Position numbers and translations under genes: made by a program. Shown in pieces: positions 36,945 to 48,100 of a stretch of 64,000 nt of DNA. Location of the stretch: NCBI GenBank assembly GCA_937995875.1, contig CALKIW010000120.1:8781-72780 (forward strand). The letters are read 5' to 3'. This DNA is from an uncultured Bacteroidales bacterium. Its GTDB lineage: Bacteria; Bacteroidota; Bacteroidia; Bacteroidales; Bacteroidaceae. How positions within the stretch are numbered: the first letter of the stretch is position 1; the number at the start of each line of letters is the position of its first letter. Under the pieces are notes generated by a model. The model was not told the DNA's origin, searched no databases, and was given only the letters and a program-made list of their open reading frames with translations.

Positions 36945-37056
36945 TCTGCACAAATAGGTGCGTGTACACATGAGTCGGCCTCATACGCCGTTTTGTTCGG
37001 ATGATATGGGGCGGGCTGACGACAATAAATCAATAACCAATAATAAACTATAGATT

Positions 37057-38109
37057 ATGAAACTGAACATTGCAGTTCTTGCCGGCGATGGCATCGGCCC
37101 GGAGATTATGCCTCAGGCCATCAATGTGCTCAACGCCGTAGCTAAGAAATTCAATCATGAGTTTGAATACCATGAGGCACTTTGTGGTGCTCATGCCATT
37201 GACGAGGTGGGCGATCCATTCCCTGACGACACGTTCAAGGTGTGTATGGATGCCGATGCCGTGCTCTTTGCCGCAGTAGGCGACCCACGCTTTGACAATG
37301 ACCCGACGTTGAAAGTTCGTCCTGAGACGGGGCTGTTGGCTATGCGCAAAAAGCTTGGACTGTTTGCCAACGTGCGTCCCGTAGCCACGTTCGACTGCCT
37401 GCTCCACAAGTCTCCGCTAAAGGAAGAACTCATCAAGGGGGCCGACTTCGTGGTTATTCGTGAGCTGACCGGTGGCATGTACTTCGGTGAGAAGTATCAG
37501 GATAACGACAAGGCTTTTGACACCAATATTTATCATAGACCGGAGGTTGAACGAATTCTGAAGGTGGCTTTTGAGTTTGCGATGAATCGCAATAAGCACT
37601 TGACGGTCGTAGACAAGGCGAATGTGTTGGCCAGCTCACGCCTGTGGCGCAAGATTGCACAGGAAATGGAGCCGCAATATCCTGAGGTGAAGGTAGACTA
37701 TATGTTCATCGACAATGCCTCCATGCGTGTGCTCACTGAGCCTCGCTTCTTCGACGTCATTGTCACAGAGAATACCTTTGGCGATATTCTGACCGATGAG
37801 ACCAGTGCCATCACCGGCTCTATGGGCTTGCAGCCATCGGCCTCATTGGGTGAACACACGCCGTTGTTCGAGCCTGTACACGGCTCATGGCCACAGGCAG
37901 CGGGTAAGAATATTGCCAATCCTATGGCGATGATTCTTTCTGCTGCGATGATGCTCGAACATTTCGGACTGAAAGAGGAGGGCGCAGCGATTCGCAGGGC
38001 GTGTGATGCCGCTCTCGAAAACAACATCCGAACGCCTGAAATTCAAGTAGAGGGAGCCAAGAGCTATGGCACCAAAGAGATAGGCGAGTGGATAGCAAGC
38101 CAGATATAA
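37057..38109 (+). CDS. leuB: 3-isopropylmalate dehydrogenase
   Basis: [37 protein letters not shown] and the isocitrate/IPM dehydrogenase pattern. Confidence 0.93.
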   Translation: MKLNIAVLAGDGIGPEIMPQAINVLNAVAKKFNHEFEYHEALCGAHAIDEVGDPFPDDTFKVCMDADAVLFAAVGDPRFDNDPTLKVRPETGLLAMRKKLGLFANVRPVATFDCLLHKSPLKEELIKGADFVVIRELTGGMYFGEKYQDNDKAFDTNIYHRPEVERILKVAFEFAMNRNKHLTVVDKANVLASSRLWRKIAQEMEPQYPEVKVDYMFIDNASMRVLTEPRFFDVIVTENTFGDILTDETSAITGSMGLQPSASLGEHTPLFEPVHGSWPQAAGKNIANPMAMILSAAMMLEHFGLKEEGAAIRRACDAALENNIRTPEIQVEGAKSYGTKEIGEWIASQI

Positions 38110-38211
38110 GTAAGTGTGATTTTACTTTCCGTCTGCATAAACAACTGTTCTGACGAGTGAAAACAGACGACTTTGCGGACGGAAATATAGGCTTTTAGCC
38201 ATCAACATACA

Positions 38212-38255
38212 GCAAAGGACCCGGCAGGAGTTTTTATTCCTTTCGGGTCCTTTGC
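38212..38255 (+). terminator. Hairpin after leuB (probable leu operon terminator)
   Basis: gcaaaggacccg / cgggtcctttgc forms a perfect 12-bp stem about 100 nt after the leuB stop. No long U-tract follows. Confidence 0.5.
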
Positions 38256-38354
38256 TTATAAGGGCTCTGGATACACAATCAATAAATGCTGCCAACGGCT
38301 TAAACAGAATTGAAAGCACGTCTTTCCATCTTTGCCCTACAGCACTGTAAAAAT

Positions 38355-38615
38355 CCTGACAAGTCCCTTCAAAATACGGGCGTATTTCAAATCATAAACC
38401 GATTGTTTTGAAATACGCGAAAAATAGAGATTTTTTACAACTGCCTGACAGCCTTAGTCTTACGTCCGTCAAGGCGCAGTGATACCTTTCTTTATACGCT
38501 CTTCCCTCAGCCGTCAAGCCCTAACGGCCTGCCGGAAAAGCCTTAGCGGTCATCCCTATAGAGCCTAATGCCGTTGCCATTGAGCTTTCAACGCCACACC
38601 GTTAGGGCCTCATCG
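38355..38615 (-). repeat. Structured intergenic repeat element, copy D (inverted orientation)
   Basis: The reverse complement reads tttcgcgtatttcaaaac...tttgaaatacgcccgtattttgaagggacttgtcagg, alignable to A-C. The REP-like array follows (agccctaacggc, agccttagcggt, agcctaatgccgt, ccgttagggcct). Confidence 0.7.
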
Positions 38616-38879
38616 CAAAATCGAAGATGCAAAGACGGGAAATTTTTGAAGAATGGTCTGCAAAAAGCGAGCTTTTCTTTTCTAAAACAAGAAAATTTAC
38701 AGCCTTTGTTTTAGTGAAGTAATCTTGACAAAGTTTGCTTTTCGTAAGTGTTCAACCAACTATTTCCACCTTTTGCCTACAGGGCAATTCTCGTGCTGAC
38801 AATGGTCTGGTCTTTACGTAACTACCGTTATGGAAAGCAGTGTTTCATCATGAGAAATGTCGGGTGAGGAAACAAAAAA

Positions 38880-38904
38880 CCGCTCAAGACTGTGTCTTGA
38901 GCGG
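38880..38904. terminator. Bidirectional rho-independent terminator
   Basis: ccgctcaagac / gtcttgagcgg forms an 11-bp stem with a 3-nt loop. An A-run lies on the left and tctctttttttt on the right. It lies 34 nt after the stop of the small lipoprotein gene. Confidence 0.75.
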
Positions 38905-38937
38905 TGTCTCTTTTTTTTCTGTTCGTTGAACTCAGAA

Positions 38938-39129
38938 TTACTCTGAAACAACAGTAGTGTCTGTTGTAGTAGTAACATCTGCTGTGTCAGTGATAGTTGT
39001 GTCAGCAGTTATCGTATCAACAGATACAGTGTCTGTACCATCTTCAGTAACAGCGTTTGACTTGTTACCTGTGCAAGATGCGAAAGAGATAGCTGCCATA
39101 GCTACGAACATAAAAACTAATTTCTTCAT
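38938..39129 (-). CDS. Small lipoprotein with a Thr/Asp/Val-rich low-complexity tail (63 aa)
   Basis: MKKLVFMFVAMAAISFASC is a lipoprotein signal with lipobox, followed by TGNKSNAVTEDGTDTVSVDTITADTTITDTADVTTTTDTTVVSE. It has its own promoter motif and terminator. Confidence 0.6.
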   Translation of the reverse strand: MKKLVFMFVAMAAISFASCTGNKSNAVTEDGTDTVSVDTITADTTITDTADVTTTTDTTVVSE

Positions 39130-39180
39130 TTTCTTTGCTTTTTAAATCTGTAAAACAATGATATGTTTATTAAAACATTG

Positions 39181-39188
39181 CAAAGTTA
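39181..39188 (-). promoter_or_regulatory. -7 promoter motif (TAACTTTG) upstream of the small lipoprotein gene
   Basis: Plus-strand caaagtta lies 52 nt upstream of ATG 39129. Confidence 0.45.
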
Positions 39189-39367
39189 CGCATTTTTTCA
39201 ATACCTCCAATTATTTTTTACAGTTTTTTTTGACATTTTATTGTAACTTTTTGCAAGTTGCTATCAGTCAGTCGGTTACAGATTATAAATAAAAGTTAAA
39301 TTATTTGTGTGGTTTAATAAAACCCAATTTATAGTGCTATTTAGCTGTGGTTATCATAAGAAAATAC

Positions 39368-39375
39368 TATCTTTG
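39368..39375 (+). promoter_or_regulatory. -7 promoter motif (TATCTTTG) upstream of mtaB
   Basis: tatctttg lies 22 nt upstream of ATG 39397. This supports the internal start. Confidence 0.45.
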
Positions 39376-39396
39376 TACCTTATAATAATAGAAAAA

Positions 39397-40734
39397 ATGA
39401 TAGATACAAGTGCTTTTCAGGGCAAAAAAGCAGCATATTATACATTGGGATGTAAGCTCAATTTTGCAGAAACTTCTACATTTGGGAAGCTGCTGGAGCA
39501 GATGGGCGTGTCGCCTGCAGCCAAGAATGAGAAGGCAGATATATGCCTTATCAACACTTGCTCGGTTACAGAGGTGGCAGATACTAAGTGTCGGCAGGCC
39601 ATTCGCCGTATGGTGAGAGAAAATCCCGGAGCCTTTGTAGTAGTGACGGGGTGTTATGCTCAGTTGGAAACGGAGACGGTAAGCCAAATAGACGGGGTAG
39701 ACCTCGTGTTGGGTGCAAACGAAAAAGCCGACTTGGTACAACATCTTTCGGAAGCCTGGTCTATGCCACGCGAGGGGCACTTACATCAGTTCCAAAGCGT
39801 GAAGACGCGCGATATTAAGAGTTTCCAGCCCTCCTGCGCTTGTGGAAACCGAACGCGCTACTTTCTCAAAGTGCAGGATGGTTGCAGTTATTTCTGCACC
39901 TATTGTACGATTCCCTTTGCACGAGGCCTCTCGCGCAACCCGACTATAGCGTCTCTGGTTGCACAAGCGGAAGAAGCGGCAAGTGAGGGCGGCAAGGAGA
40001 TTGTACTGACGGGGGTAAACATTGGTGATTTTGGCAGAACGACGGGCGAAAGTTTTCTCGACTTGGTTAAGGCGCTTGACAAGGTGGAGGGCATCCATCG
40101 TTTCCGTATCAGCAGCTTGGAGCCGGACCTTCTTGACGACGAACTTATAGAATATTGTGCGCATTCGCGAGCTTTCATGCCGCATTTTCATATTCCCTTG
40201 CAAAGTGGGAGTGACGAAGTTTTGAAGTTGATGCACCGCCGTTACGACACCGCCCTTTTTGCTCACAAGATTAACCTCATCAAGGAAAAGATGCCAAATG
40301 CGTTTATCGGAGTGGATGTAATGGTAGGCTCACGGGGTGAAACACCGGAGTATTTTGAGGATTGCTATCAATTCATAGAGAGTCTTCCCATAACCCAACT
40401 CCATGTATTCCCCTACTCGGAACGACCGGGAACGGCCGCGCTGCGAATTCCTTACGTGGTGAGCGACGAGGATAAGAAGCATCGTTCAAAGCGGTTGTTG
40501 GAGCTTTCAGACCGCAAGACAGCGGATTTTTATGCCCAGTTTATAGGACAGGAAGCCGATGTGCTTTTCGAAAAGGCGTCACGGGGGAAGGCCATGCATG
40601 GCTTTACGCCTAACTATATTCGTGTGGAGTTGGCACCTCGCGAGGCAAAAGAGGAGTTTGATAATCAGATTATGCGTGTGCAGCTTGGCGATTTCAATCA
40701 CGACAAAACGGCCCTTCGCGCCACCCTTATATAA
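39397..40734 (+). CDS. mtaB: tRNA methylthiotransferase, MtaB-like (radical SAM)
   Basis: The N-terminal domain TLGCKLNFAETS is MtaB-type. The radical-SAM motif is CSYFCTYCTIPFARG, and a TRAM-like domain lies at the C-terminus. The start was set at MIDTSAF (39397). Confidence 0.75.
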   Translation: MIDTSAFQGKKAAYYTLGCKLNFAETSTFGKLLEQMGVSPAAKNEKADICLINTCSVTEVADTKCRQAIRRMVRENPGAFVVVTGCYAQLETETVSQIDGVDLVLGANEKADLVQHLSEAWSMPREGHLHQFQSVKTRDIKSFQPSCACGNRTRYFLKVQDGCSYFCTYCTIPFARGLSRNPTIASLVAQAEEAASEGGKEIVLTGVNIGDFGRTTGESFLDLVKALDKVEGIHRFRISSLEPDLLDDELIEYCAHSRAFMPHFHIPLQSGSDEVLKLMHRRYDTALFAHKINLIKEKMPNAFIGVDVMVGSRGETPEYFEDCYQFIESLPITQLHVFPYSERPGTAALRIPYVVSDEDKKHRSKRLLELSDRKTADFYAQFIGQEADVLFEKASRGKAMHGFTPNYIRVELAPREAKEEFDNQIMRVQLGDFNHDKTALRATLI

Positions 40735-40801
40735 ATATAGGTGAGTCGGGCAAGTCTTAGGCAGAGCCATTGACAAGAGCAATCTATAGTAAAATGTTTT
40801 T

Positions 40802-41839
40802 ATGCAAGTAGCCATTGTTATTTTAAACTGGAACGGGGCGGATATGATGAAACGTTATCTGCCCATCGTGTTGAAGTATTCGCAGGATGAAGGAGAAGTT
40901 TGGGTTGCCGACAACGCATCTACAGACAACTCCATGCAGATGCTTCGGGAGCAGTTCCCGCAGGTCAGGACTATTCAGCTTGACAGGAACTATGGCTTTG
41001 CAGAGGGCTACAACAGGGCGTTGGCGCAGATAGAAGCGGAGTATTATATTTTGCTCAACTCCGATGTGGAGGTGACGAGGGGATGGCTTACCGAATTGCT
41101 CAGCTATATGGATGGGCACCCCGAAGTTGCCGCTTGCCAGCCGAAACTCCTCTCTGTTTCCGACAAACATAAGTTTGAATATGCCGGAGCTTCCGGTGGA
41201 ATGATCGACCAATACGGCTATCCGTTCTGTCGTGGGCGCATTTTTGACACGATAGAAACGGACGAAGGACAATATAATGATGTGGCGGAGATACATTGGG
41301 CTACGGGTGCCTGTCTCATGGTGCGCTCGGCAGACTATTGGCGTGTGAGGGGACTCGATGGCCGATTTTTTGCGCACAACGAGGAGATAGACTTTTGTTG
41401 GCGCCTCCGGTTGTTGGGGCGCGGTATCGTCTGTATCCCTTCGAGCGTGGTGTATCATGTGGGTGGGGGAACGTTGCCCAAGAGTAATCCTATGAAGACA
41501 TACCTGAATTTTCGCAACAACCTTACCATGCTGTATAAGAATCTGGCGGATGGCGAACTGCATCGGGTGATGCGCATACGTTACTTCTTAGACTATCTTG
41601 CCGCCTTCCAAACGCTTATCATCAACCGCAATGTCGGCGATTTCAAAGCTATTTTCAAAGCTCGAAAGGCGTTTAAACGGTGGCGCTACGAGTTTGCGGA
41701 CGACCGTGCGACAATTCAGCGCAGCCGTGTCAAGACCTGTTTCAACGAACTGGCACCCTTTTCCATCCTTTGGCAGTATTATGCCAAAGGTAAGAGAGAG
41801 TTCAGGGCATTACCCGGAACCTTTCTAAAACGCAAATAG
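40802..41839 (+). CDS. Glycosyltransferase family 2
   Basis: VAIVILNWNG, VADNASTDNS, YGFAEGYN and LLNSDVEV (a DxD-type motif) fit the GT2 fold. Confidence 0.8.
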   Translation: MQVAIVILNWNGADMMKRYLPIVLKYSQDEGEVWVADNASTDNSMQMLREQFPQVRTIQLDRNYGFAEGYNRALAQIEAEYYILLNSDVEVTRGWLTELLSYMDGHPEVAACQPKLLSVSDKHKFEYAGASGGMIDQYGYPFCRGRIFDTIETDEGQYNDVAEIHWATGACLMVRSADYWRVRGLDGRFFAHNEEIDFCWRLRLLGRGIVCIPSSVVYHVGGGTLPKSNPMKTYLNFRNNLTMLYKNLADGELHRVMRIRYFLDYLAAFQTLIINRNVGDFKAIFKARKAFKRWRYEFADDRATIQRSRVKTCFNELAPFSILWQYYAKGKREFRALPGTFLKRK

Positions 41840-41854
41840 GCGGTATCGTATCAT

Positions 41855-41879
41855 GACATTGCTACGGTTTTGCAATGTC
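41855..41879 (+). terminator. Weak hairpin terminator after the GT2 gene
   Basis: gacattgc / gcaatgtc forms an 8-bp stem and is followed by gaattcgagttttt. Confidence 0.35.
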
Positions 41880-41961
41880 GAATTCGAGTTTTTAACGTTA
41901 AACCTCTATAAATTCATCAAACTTTTATTGAAGGAAGTAGATGAGTTTAAGAAATAATCCC

Positions 41962-41969
41962 TATATTTG
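41962..41969 (+). promoter_or_regulatory. -7 promoter motif (TATATTTG) upstream of hppA
   Basis: tatatttg lies 45 nt upstream of ATG 42014. Confidence 0.45.
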
Positions 41970-42013
41970 CTACATAGAACTAACAAATCTATTCACGTAA
42001 CAAATAACCTATT

Positions 42014-44212
42014 ATGGAAAACTTTCCTCTTGTTTTTTGGCTAATCCCAATAGCCTCTATTTGCGCGTTGGGCATGGCTTGGTACTTCTTCCGCAGTATG
42101 ATGAAAGAAGACGAGGGCACGCCCCGCATGATTGAAATAGCCGAATATGTACGCAGTGGCGCTATGGCCTATTTGAAGCAACAGTACAAGGTGGTGCTTA
42201 TTGTCTTCATTGTTTTGGCAAGTATTTTTGCTGTTATGGCCTATGGCTTTAACGTTCAAAATCCTTGGGTGCCTTTCGCTTTCCTTACCGGCGGTTTCTT
42301 TAGTGGTCTTGCGGGTTTTTTCGGCATGAAAACGGCAACCTATGCCAGTGCCCGAACGGCAAATGCCGCCCGCCAGAGTTTGGATCGAGGACTCAAGATA
42401 GCTTTCCGCTCCGGTGCTGTGATGGGGCTTGTCGTTGTTGGACTCGGCTTGCTTGATATAGCGATATGGTTTTATGTCCTCACACGTTTCTATCATGGCG
42501 ACAACACGGCACTCATCACCATCACCACGACCATGCTTACCTTTGGTATGGGTGCTTCCACTCAGGCATTGTTTGCCCGTGTGGGTGGTGGCATCTACAC
42601 CAAGGCGGCCGATGTAGGAGCTGACCTTGTGGGGAAAGTGGAGGCCAATATTCCTGAGGACGATCCTCGCAACCCTGCAACCATTGCCGATAATGTTGGT
42701 GACAATGTGGGCGACGTGGCAGGTATGGGAGCCGATCTGTACGAAAGTTACTGTGGCTCTATTCTGAGTACGGCAGCACTTGGAGCGACAGCCTTTGCAA
42801 CGTCTGCCGGCGATATGCAGATGCGTGCCGTCATAGCGCCCATGCTCATTGCGGCGGTGGGCGTGTTCCTCAGTCTGCTGGGTATCTATATGGTACGCAC
42901 TAAGGAAGGCGCCACCATGAAAGACCTTTTACGTTCGTTGGGTGTGGGCACCAACACATCGGCTGCGCTTATTGCCGTAGCCACATTCGCTATCCTCTAT
43001 CTGTTGAAGATGGAAAACTGGGTTGGCGTCAGCTTCTCTGTTATCAGTGGTCTTGCGGCAGGAGTGATTATCGGACAGGCCACCGAATATTATACTTCGC
43101 AGAGTTACAAGCCCACCCAAGCCATTTCAGAGGCGTCCAGAACAGGTGCAGCCACTGTTATCATCAAAGGAATCGGTACGGGCATGATTTCCACATGTGT
43201 GCCGGTGCTTACCATTTCGGTTGCCATCATGCTGAGCTTTCTATGTGCCAATGGTTTTGATATGAGCATGAGTGCGCAGAGCATACAGACCGGTTTGTAT
43301 GGTATTGGTATCGCTGCAGTGGGAATGCTTTCTACTTTGGGCATCACATTGGCTACCGACGCTTACGGACCTATCGCTGATAATGCAGGTGGCAACGCCG
43401 AAATGTGTGAACTTGGGGAAGAAGTGCGCCATCGCACTGATGCCCTCGATGCTCTCGGCAACACCACAGCAGCTACCGGCAAGGGCTTTGCCATTGGCTC
43501 TGCTGCGCTCACGGCCTTGGCCCTTTTGGCATCTTATATTGAAGAAGTGAAAATTGCGATGCATCGCGTAGGCGACACGATGTACAATGTTGCCGGTGAA
43601 ACGATAGATGCCGCTAATGCCACCATCCCCGATTTCATGAACTATTTTCAGGTGAATCTTATGAATCCGAAGGTGCTCGTTGGAGCATTTATCGGCGCGA
43701 TGGCTGCTTTCTTGTTCTGCGGACTCACCATGGGAGCCGTTGGACGTGCAGCAGAAAAAATGGTGGATGAGGTGCGTCGGCAGTTCCACGAAATCAAGGG
43801 AATACTTGAAGGAACCGGCACACCGGATTACGGCCGTTGTGTGGAAATATCAACATTGAGTGCTCAGCACGAGATGATACTTCCTTCACTGCTTGCCATT
43901 GCCATCCCCATCATAGTGGGTGTGGTGTTGGGTGTAGCTGGAGTGCTTGGCTTACTGGTTGGCGGATTGGCCGCCGGCTTTACGCTTGCGGTGTTCATGG
44001 CCAATTCCGGTGGAGCATGGGACAATGCCAAGAAATATGTTGAAGAAGGAAACTTCGGTGGCAAGGGCTCTGATAGTCATAAGGCTACGATTGTCGGCGA
44101 TACGGTTGGCGACCCCTTTAAGGATACTTCCGGCCCATCGCTCAACATTCTCATCAAACTCATGTCTATGGTGAGCATTGTGATGGCAGGCCTCACGGTT
44201 GCCCTCGGATAG
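42014..44212 (+). CDS. hppA: Membrane-bound ion-translocating pyrophosphatase
   Basis: [49 protein letters not shown] and [18 protein letters not shown], with many TM segments. Confidence 0.93.
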   Translation: MENFPLVFWLIPIASICALGMAWYFFRSMMKEDEGTPRMIEIAEYVRSGAMAYLKQQYKVVLIVFIVLASIFAVMAYGFNVQNPWVPFAFLTGGFFSGLAGFFGMKTATYASARTANAARQSLDRGLKIAFRSGAVMGLVVVGLGLLDIAIWFYVLTRFYHGDNTALITITTTMLTFGMGASTQALFARVGGGIYTKAADVGADLVGKVEANIPEDDPRNPATIADNVGDNVGDVAGMGADLYESYCGSILSTAALGATAFATSAGDMQMRAVIAPMLIAAVGVFLSLLGIYMVRTKEGATMKDLLRSLGVGTNTSAALIAVATFAILYLLKMENWVGVSFSVISGLAAGVIIGQATEYYTSQSYKPTQAISEASRTGAATVIIKGIGTGMISTCVPVLTISVAIMLSFLCANGFDMSMSAQSIQTGLYGIGIAAVGMLSTLGITLATDAYGPIADNAGGNAEMCELGEEVRHRTDALDALGNTTAATGKGFAIGSAALTALALLASYIEEVKIAMHRVGDTMYNVAGETIDAANATIPDFMNYFQVNLMNPKVLVGAFIGAMAAFLFCGLTMGAVGRAAEKMVDEVRRQFHEIKGILEGTGTPDYGRCVEISTLSAQHEMILPSLLAIAIPIIVGVVLGVAGVLGLLVGGLAAGFTLAVFMANSGGAWDNAKKYVEEGNFGGKGSDSHKATIVGDTVGDPFKDTSGPSLNILIKLMSMVSIVMAGLTVALG

Positions 44213-44240
44213 TTTTCGGAAATATTCAGACAACGAAGGG

Positions 44241-44319
44241 TTGGAGAAGTGTAGACTTTCTGTTTGTGCCTCAAACGGTCAGCAAATAGAAAACCAGACT
44301 TCTCCAATGCTTTGTTTTT
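44241..44319 (+). terminator. Long imperfect hairpin plus T-tract after hppA
   Basis: The outer stem is ttggagaagt / acttctccaa and the inner pairing is tttctgtttg / caaatagaaa. It is followed by tgctttgttttt. Confidence 0.5.
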
Positions 44320-45118
44320 ACGACTTTCTCAATTCCCAAAACGCTACTGCTGCCGCTGCTGCCACATTAAGTGAGTCCACGCCGTGAGCCATCGGTATGC
44401 GCACCACAGTGTCGGTTGCCGCTATCGCTTCTTGGGATAGTCCATCGCCTTCGGTCCCCATCACGATGGCAAGTTTGGGTTTGGTCTTCAACATTGGATC
44501 GTCGAGCGTTATAGAATTGTCGTCGAGTGCCATCGCCACCGTATGGAAATCCCACTGATGCAGCGTTTCTACTGTTCCGTCGAGCCAGGTCCAAGGCACT
44601 AAAAACACTGACCCCATCGACACCCTCACCGATCTGCGGTTGAAAGGGTCGCACGACGTTCGAGTGAGCAACACCCCGTCGATACCCAGGGCTGCGGCCG
44701 AACGAAAGATTGCACCGATATTGGTTGTGTCTACCACTCCATCAATCACCACTACTCTTGACGCCTCCCTGCACACATCTTCCATCGATGGACATTCTTT
44801 GCGACGCATGGCGCAGAGCACGCCTCGTGTGAGCGTGTAGCCCGTGAGTTGTGCCAGAAGTTCGCGGCTGCCCGTATAGACGGGAATGTCTCCACATTGC
44901 ATGATAATGTCGGCGGCGTCTCCGTTGATGTGTCGTTGTTCGCACAATAGGGATATCGGCTCATACCCGGCCTTCAGGGCAACGCGTATCACTTTGGGGC
45001 TTTCTGCGATGATGGTTCCTTCCTGAGGATGGAGTTTGTTGCGCAACTGATGGTCGGTGAGTTTGCAGAACACTCCGACGCCGGGATGGTCCAATGTGGT
45101 TATCTTGATAATAGGCAT
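44318..45118 (-). CDS. SpoU/TrmH-family RNA 2'-O-methyltransferase
   Basis: NIGAIFRSAAALG, IVMGTEGDGLS and IPMAHGVDSLNVAAAAAV are the three SpoU motifs. Confidence 0.8.
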   Translation of the reverse strand: MPIIKITTLDHPGVGVFCKLTDHQLRNKLHPQEGTIIAESPKVIRVALKAGYEPISLLCEQRHINGDAADIIMQCGDIPVYTGSRELLAQLTGYTLTRGVLCAMRRKECPSMEDVCREASRVVVIDGVVDTTNIGAIFRSAAALGIDGVLLTRTSCDPFNRRSVRVSMGSVFLVPWTWLDGTVETLHQWDFHTVAMALDDNSITLDDPMLKTKPKLAIVMGTEGDGLSQEAIAATDTVVRIPMAHGVDSLNVAAAAAVAFWELRKS

Positions 45119-45128
45119 GTGTTGTTTT

Positions 45129-48100
45129 TTACTTTATCTTCTGTTCTCCCACCACAAAATAGGTTGAATGTGGGGATGCCAGATAGAAACCGCAGGTAGA
45201 GGCTTGGGGATACATGGCACCGTTTTCTGTCAGTTTGATGCCAATACGGCTTAGATTCAGGAGTTGATCTATTTTGAAAATCTGGAGCTGATCGGGCAGA
45301 GAGGGATAGCCTACGGCCGGTCGAATGCCCCGATAGGCAGCCGAAAACATCTGTTTTATGCTTAGATGTTCGTCGGGAGCATATCCCCAAAGTTCTTTTC
45401 TCACTTTAGCGTGCAGCCATTCGCTTGTCGCTTCGACCAGCCGGTCGCAGATGCCTTGTAGGAGCAAGGCCTCGTATGAGCTGTCATCCCTCTTAAGGTT
45501 TTCCAATAGTTTGATAAGTTTTTCGGACAAGGTGATGGCAAAGCAACCGACATGGTCACCATATCCTTTGGGGGCAATAAAGTCGCACAAGGCGAGGTTA
45601 TAGCCCGTCTTTCCGGCTTTCTTCTGACGAGGGGTGGGAATGACAATGTGATGATGGCAGGAATTGCAGCATCGTTCCGGCTCGTCAATCACGATGGAGA
45701 CGTTATCGGAATACGCTTGAAAGAATCCGACAAGAGCCGTCATGGTCATACCCTCACGTGTCAGTGTGTTCAACAAAGCTTCTGCCTCTGCCTGAATATC
45801 TCTCGCCTCTTGTGATTGTTTTTGTACCTGCCAAAGATTTCTAAAGGAAATCCAGTTGATGTATGGACGTACCTCTGCAATGGGGATGCGCTCTAAGAGT
45901 TTCACTCCGGAGAACGACGGACGGAAGATGGTCTCTTGGCCCCAATCTATGTTGATTCTCTTGATATTTTCCGAAGCCAGATTGCCCTTACGGGCTTTCT
46001 TGCCCTCATAATTGTTTCTCATGCGTTCCTGTTCGCCCTTTAGTTTTTCGAGATATTCTTCACGTTCGTTGGTCAGCAGTTTATGGGCGATGATGGCGTC
46101 TTGAGAGGCATCCTTTACGTAGATGACGGGCCCTCGATATAGCGGTGCAATCTTTGTTGCCGTATGCAGGGCAGAGGTGGTTGCTCCTCCTATGAATAAA
46201 GGTTTTGTAATTCCTGCCTTGTTCAGTTCCGTTGCAACATTGCACATCTCGTTGAGCGACGGTGTGATTAGTCCGCTTAGGGCTATAAAGTCTGCTTCTT
46301 CGGATTTTGCGGCTTTCACAATGCGTTCCGCTTCTACCATCACCCCTAAGTCCGTTACGTCAAAGTTGTTACAACTCAATACGATGGCTGTAATGTTTTT
46401 GCCTATATCGTGCACATCGCCCTTGACCGTTGCGACGAGAAATTTGCCCAGACTTCGCCCTGCATTTTTCTTTTGTTCGGTGATATACGGGTTTAGTATT
46501 TCCACAGCGGTCTTCATGGTGCGTGCGGATTTCACCACTTGCGGAAGGAACATTTTGCCTTCCCCAAAGAGGTCTCCAACAAGGGTCATGCCTTCCATCA
46601 GCGGTCCGTCGATAATGGCTTGTGGCGAATCGTAGACCGAAAGAGCTTCCAGCAAATCATTTTTCAAATGTTTGGTTTCTCCAAATTGTAGTGCATATAC
46701 CAATCGCTCTTGCAAGGACATGGAGGCTAATTGGGTATCTGAAGTGGGCTCCGTAACCTTTCTGTCAGCGTATTTGCCTGCAACTTCGATAAGTTGCTCC
46801 TCTGCGTCCTCCGTTCGGCAGAGAATGGTATCCTCCAACACTTTCAACAGCTCTTGGGGAATGTTGTCATACATCACCCTTGTGGCAGGATTGAGAATGG
46901 CCATGTCAAGTCCCGCCTCGATGGCATGATAGAGGAACACTGCGTGCATGGCTTCGCGAAGGTAGTTGTTTCCCCGGAAAGCAAAGGAAAGGTTGCTCAC
47001 GCCGCCACTTACCTTTACACCCGGCAAATGTCGGTGTATCCATCGGGTGGCTTCAATGAAGTCTATGGCATAGCGCCGGTGCTCTTTGATTCCCGTTGCA
47101 ATGGTCAGAACATTCGGGTCGAATATGATGTCTTCGGGACGTATGCCCACTTTTTGAGTAAGCAAGTTGAAGGCGCGTTGGCAGATGGCTGTTTTTCGTT
47201 CGAAGGTGACAGCTTGTCCCTGTTCGTCAAAGGCCATCACCACCATAGCAACACCATATTGTTTCAGGATAGCAGCTTTGCGCAGAAACTCTTGCTCGCC
47301 CTCTTTCAGAGAAATGGAGTTTACGATGGCCTTGCCCTGAATGCACTTCAAAGCTTCTTCTACGACATGAAACTGCGACGAGTCTATCATCCAGGGAATA
47401 CGGGAAATTTCCGGGTCGGACGCCATGAGGTTGATGAAATGTTTCATCTCCTGAGCGGAATCCAACATTCCATCGTCCATATTGATGTCAAGAATCATTG
47501 CGCCGTCTTCCACTTGTTTTCGGGCAATGCTCAAAGCCTCTTCGTATTGCTTTTCATTGATGAGGCGGAGGAATTTTCTGCTGCCTGCCACGTTGCATCG
47601 CTCACCCACATTGATAAAAACGTCCGGACTGGCATGGAAAGCATCTAATCCGGCAAGCCAAGCAGTTTTGGCTTTCTTCAGCACTCTGGGATTGTCGGCG
47701 GCTTGCACTTCATCGGCTATGCGTGCAATATGTTGAGGAGTGCTGCCGCAACATCCACCTACGATATTTAGCAATCCGTCGTCCAGAAATCCCCGCACAT
47801 AAGACGCCATGCTGTCGGGGCTTTCGCTGTATTCTCCCATCTCGTCCGGCAGCCCTGCATTTGGATATGTGCAGACGTAAAAAGGACAGGATTCTGACAG
47901 CTGCTTGAGAAAAGGTCGGAGTTGAGCTGGTCCGAACGAACAGTTTATGCCTATAGCCAACGGATTGGCATAGGACACGGTGGCTACGAACGCTTCTAAA
48001 TTTTGCCCGGCCAGCATACGGCCGGCAGCGTCGGCAATGGTCACAGACACGATAATGGGGACACGGCGGAATGTTTGAGAGAAGGCGTCTTCTGCCGCAC

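Noticed and set aside
38938-40734. The idea that the small Thr/Asp-rich peptide is a RiPP precursor for the adjacent radical-SAM enzyme.
   Set aside because: The radical-SAM protein has the full MtaB tRNA methylthiotransferase architecture (LGCKLN N-domain, CxxxCxxC, TRAM-like end). The two genes are divergent with separate promoter motifs, and the peptide has a lipoprotein signal rather than a leader/core organisation.
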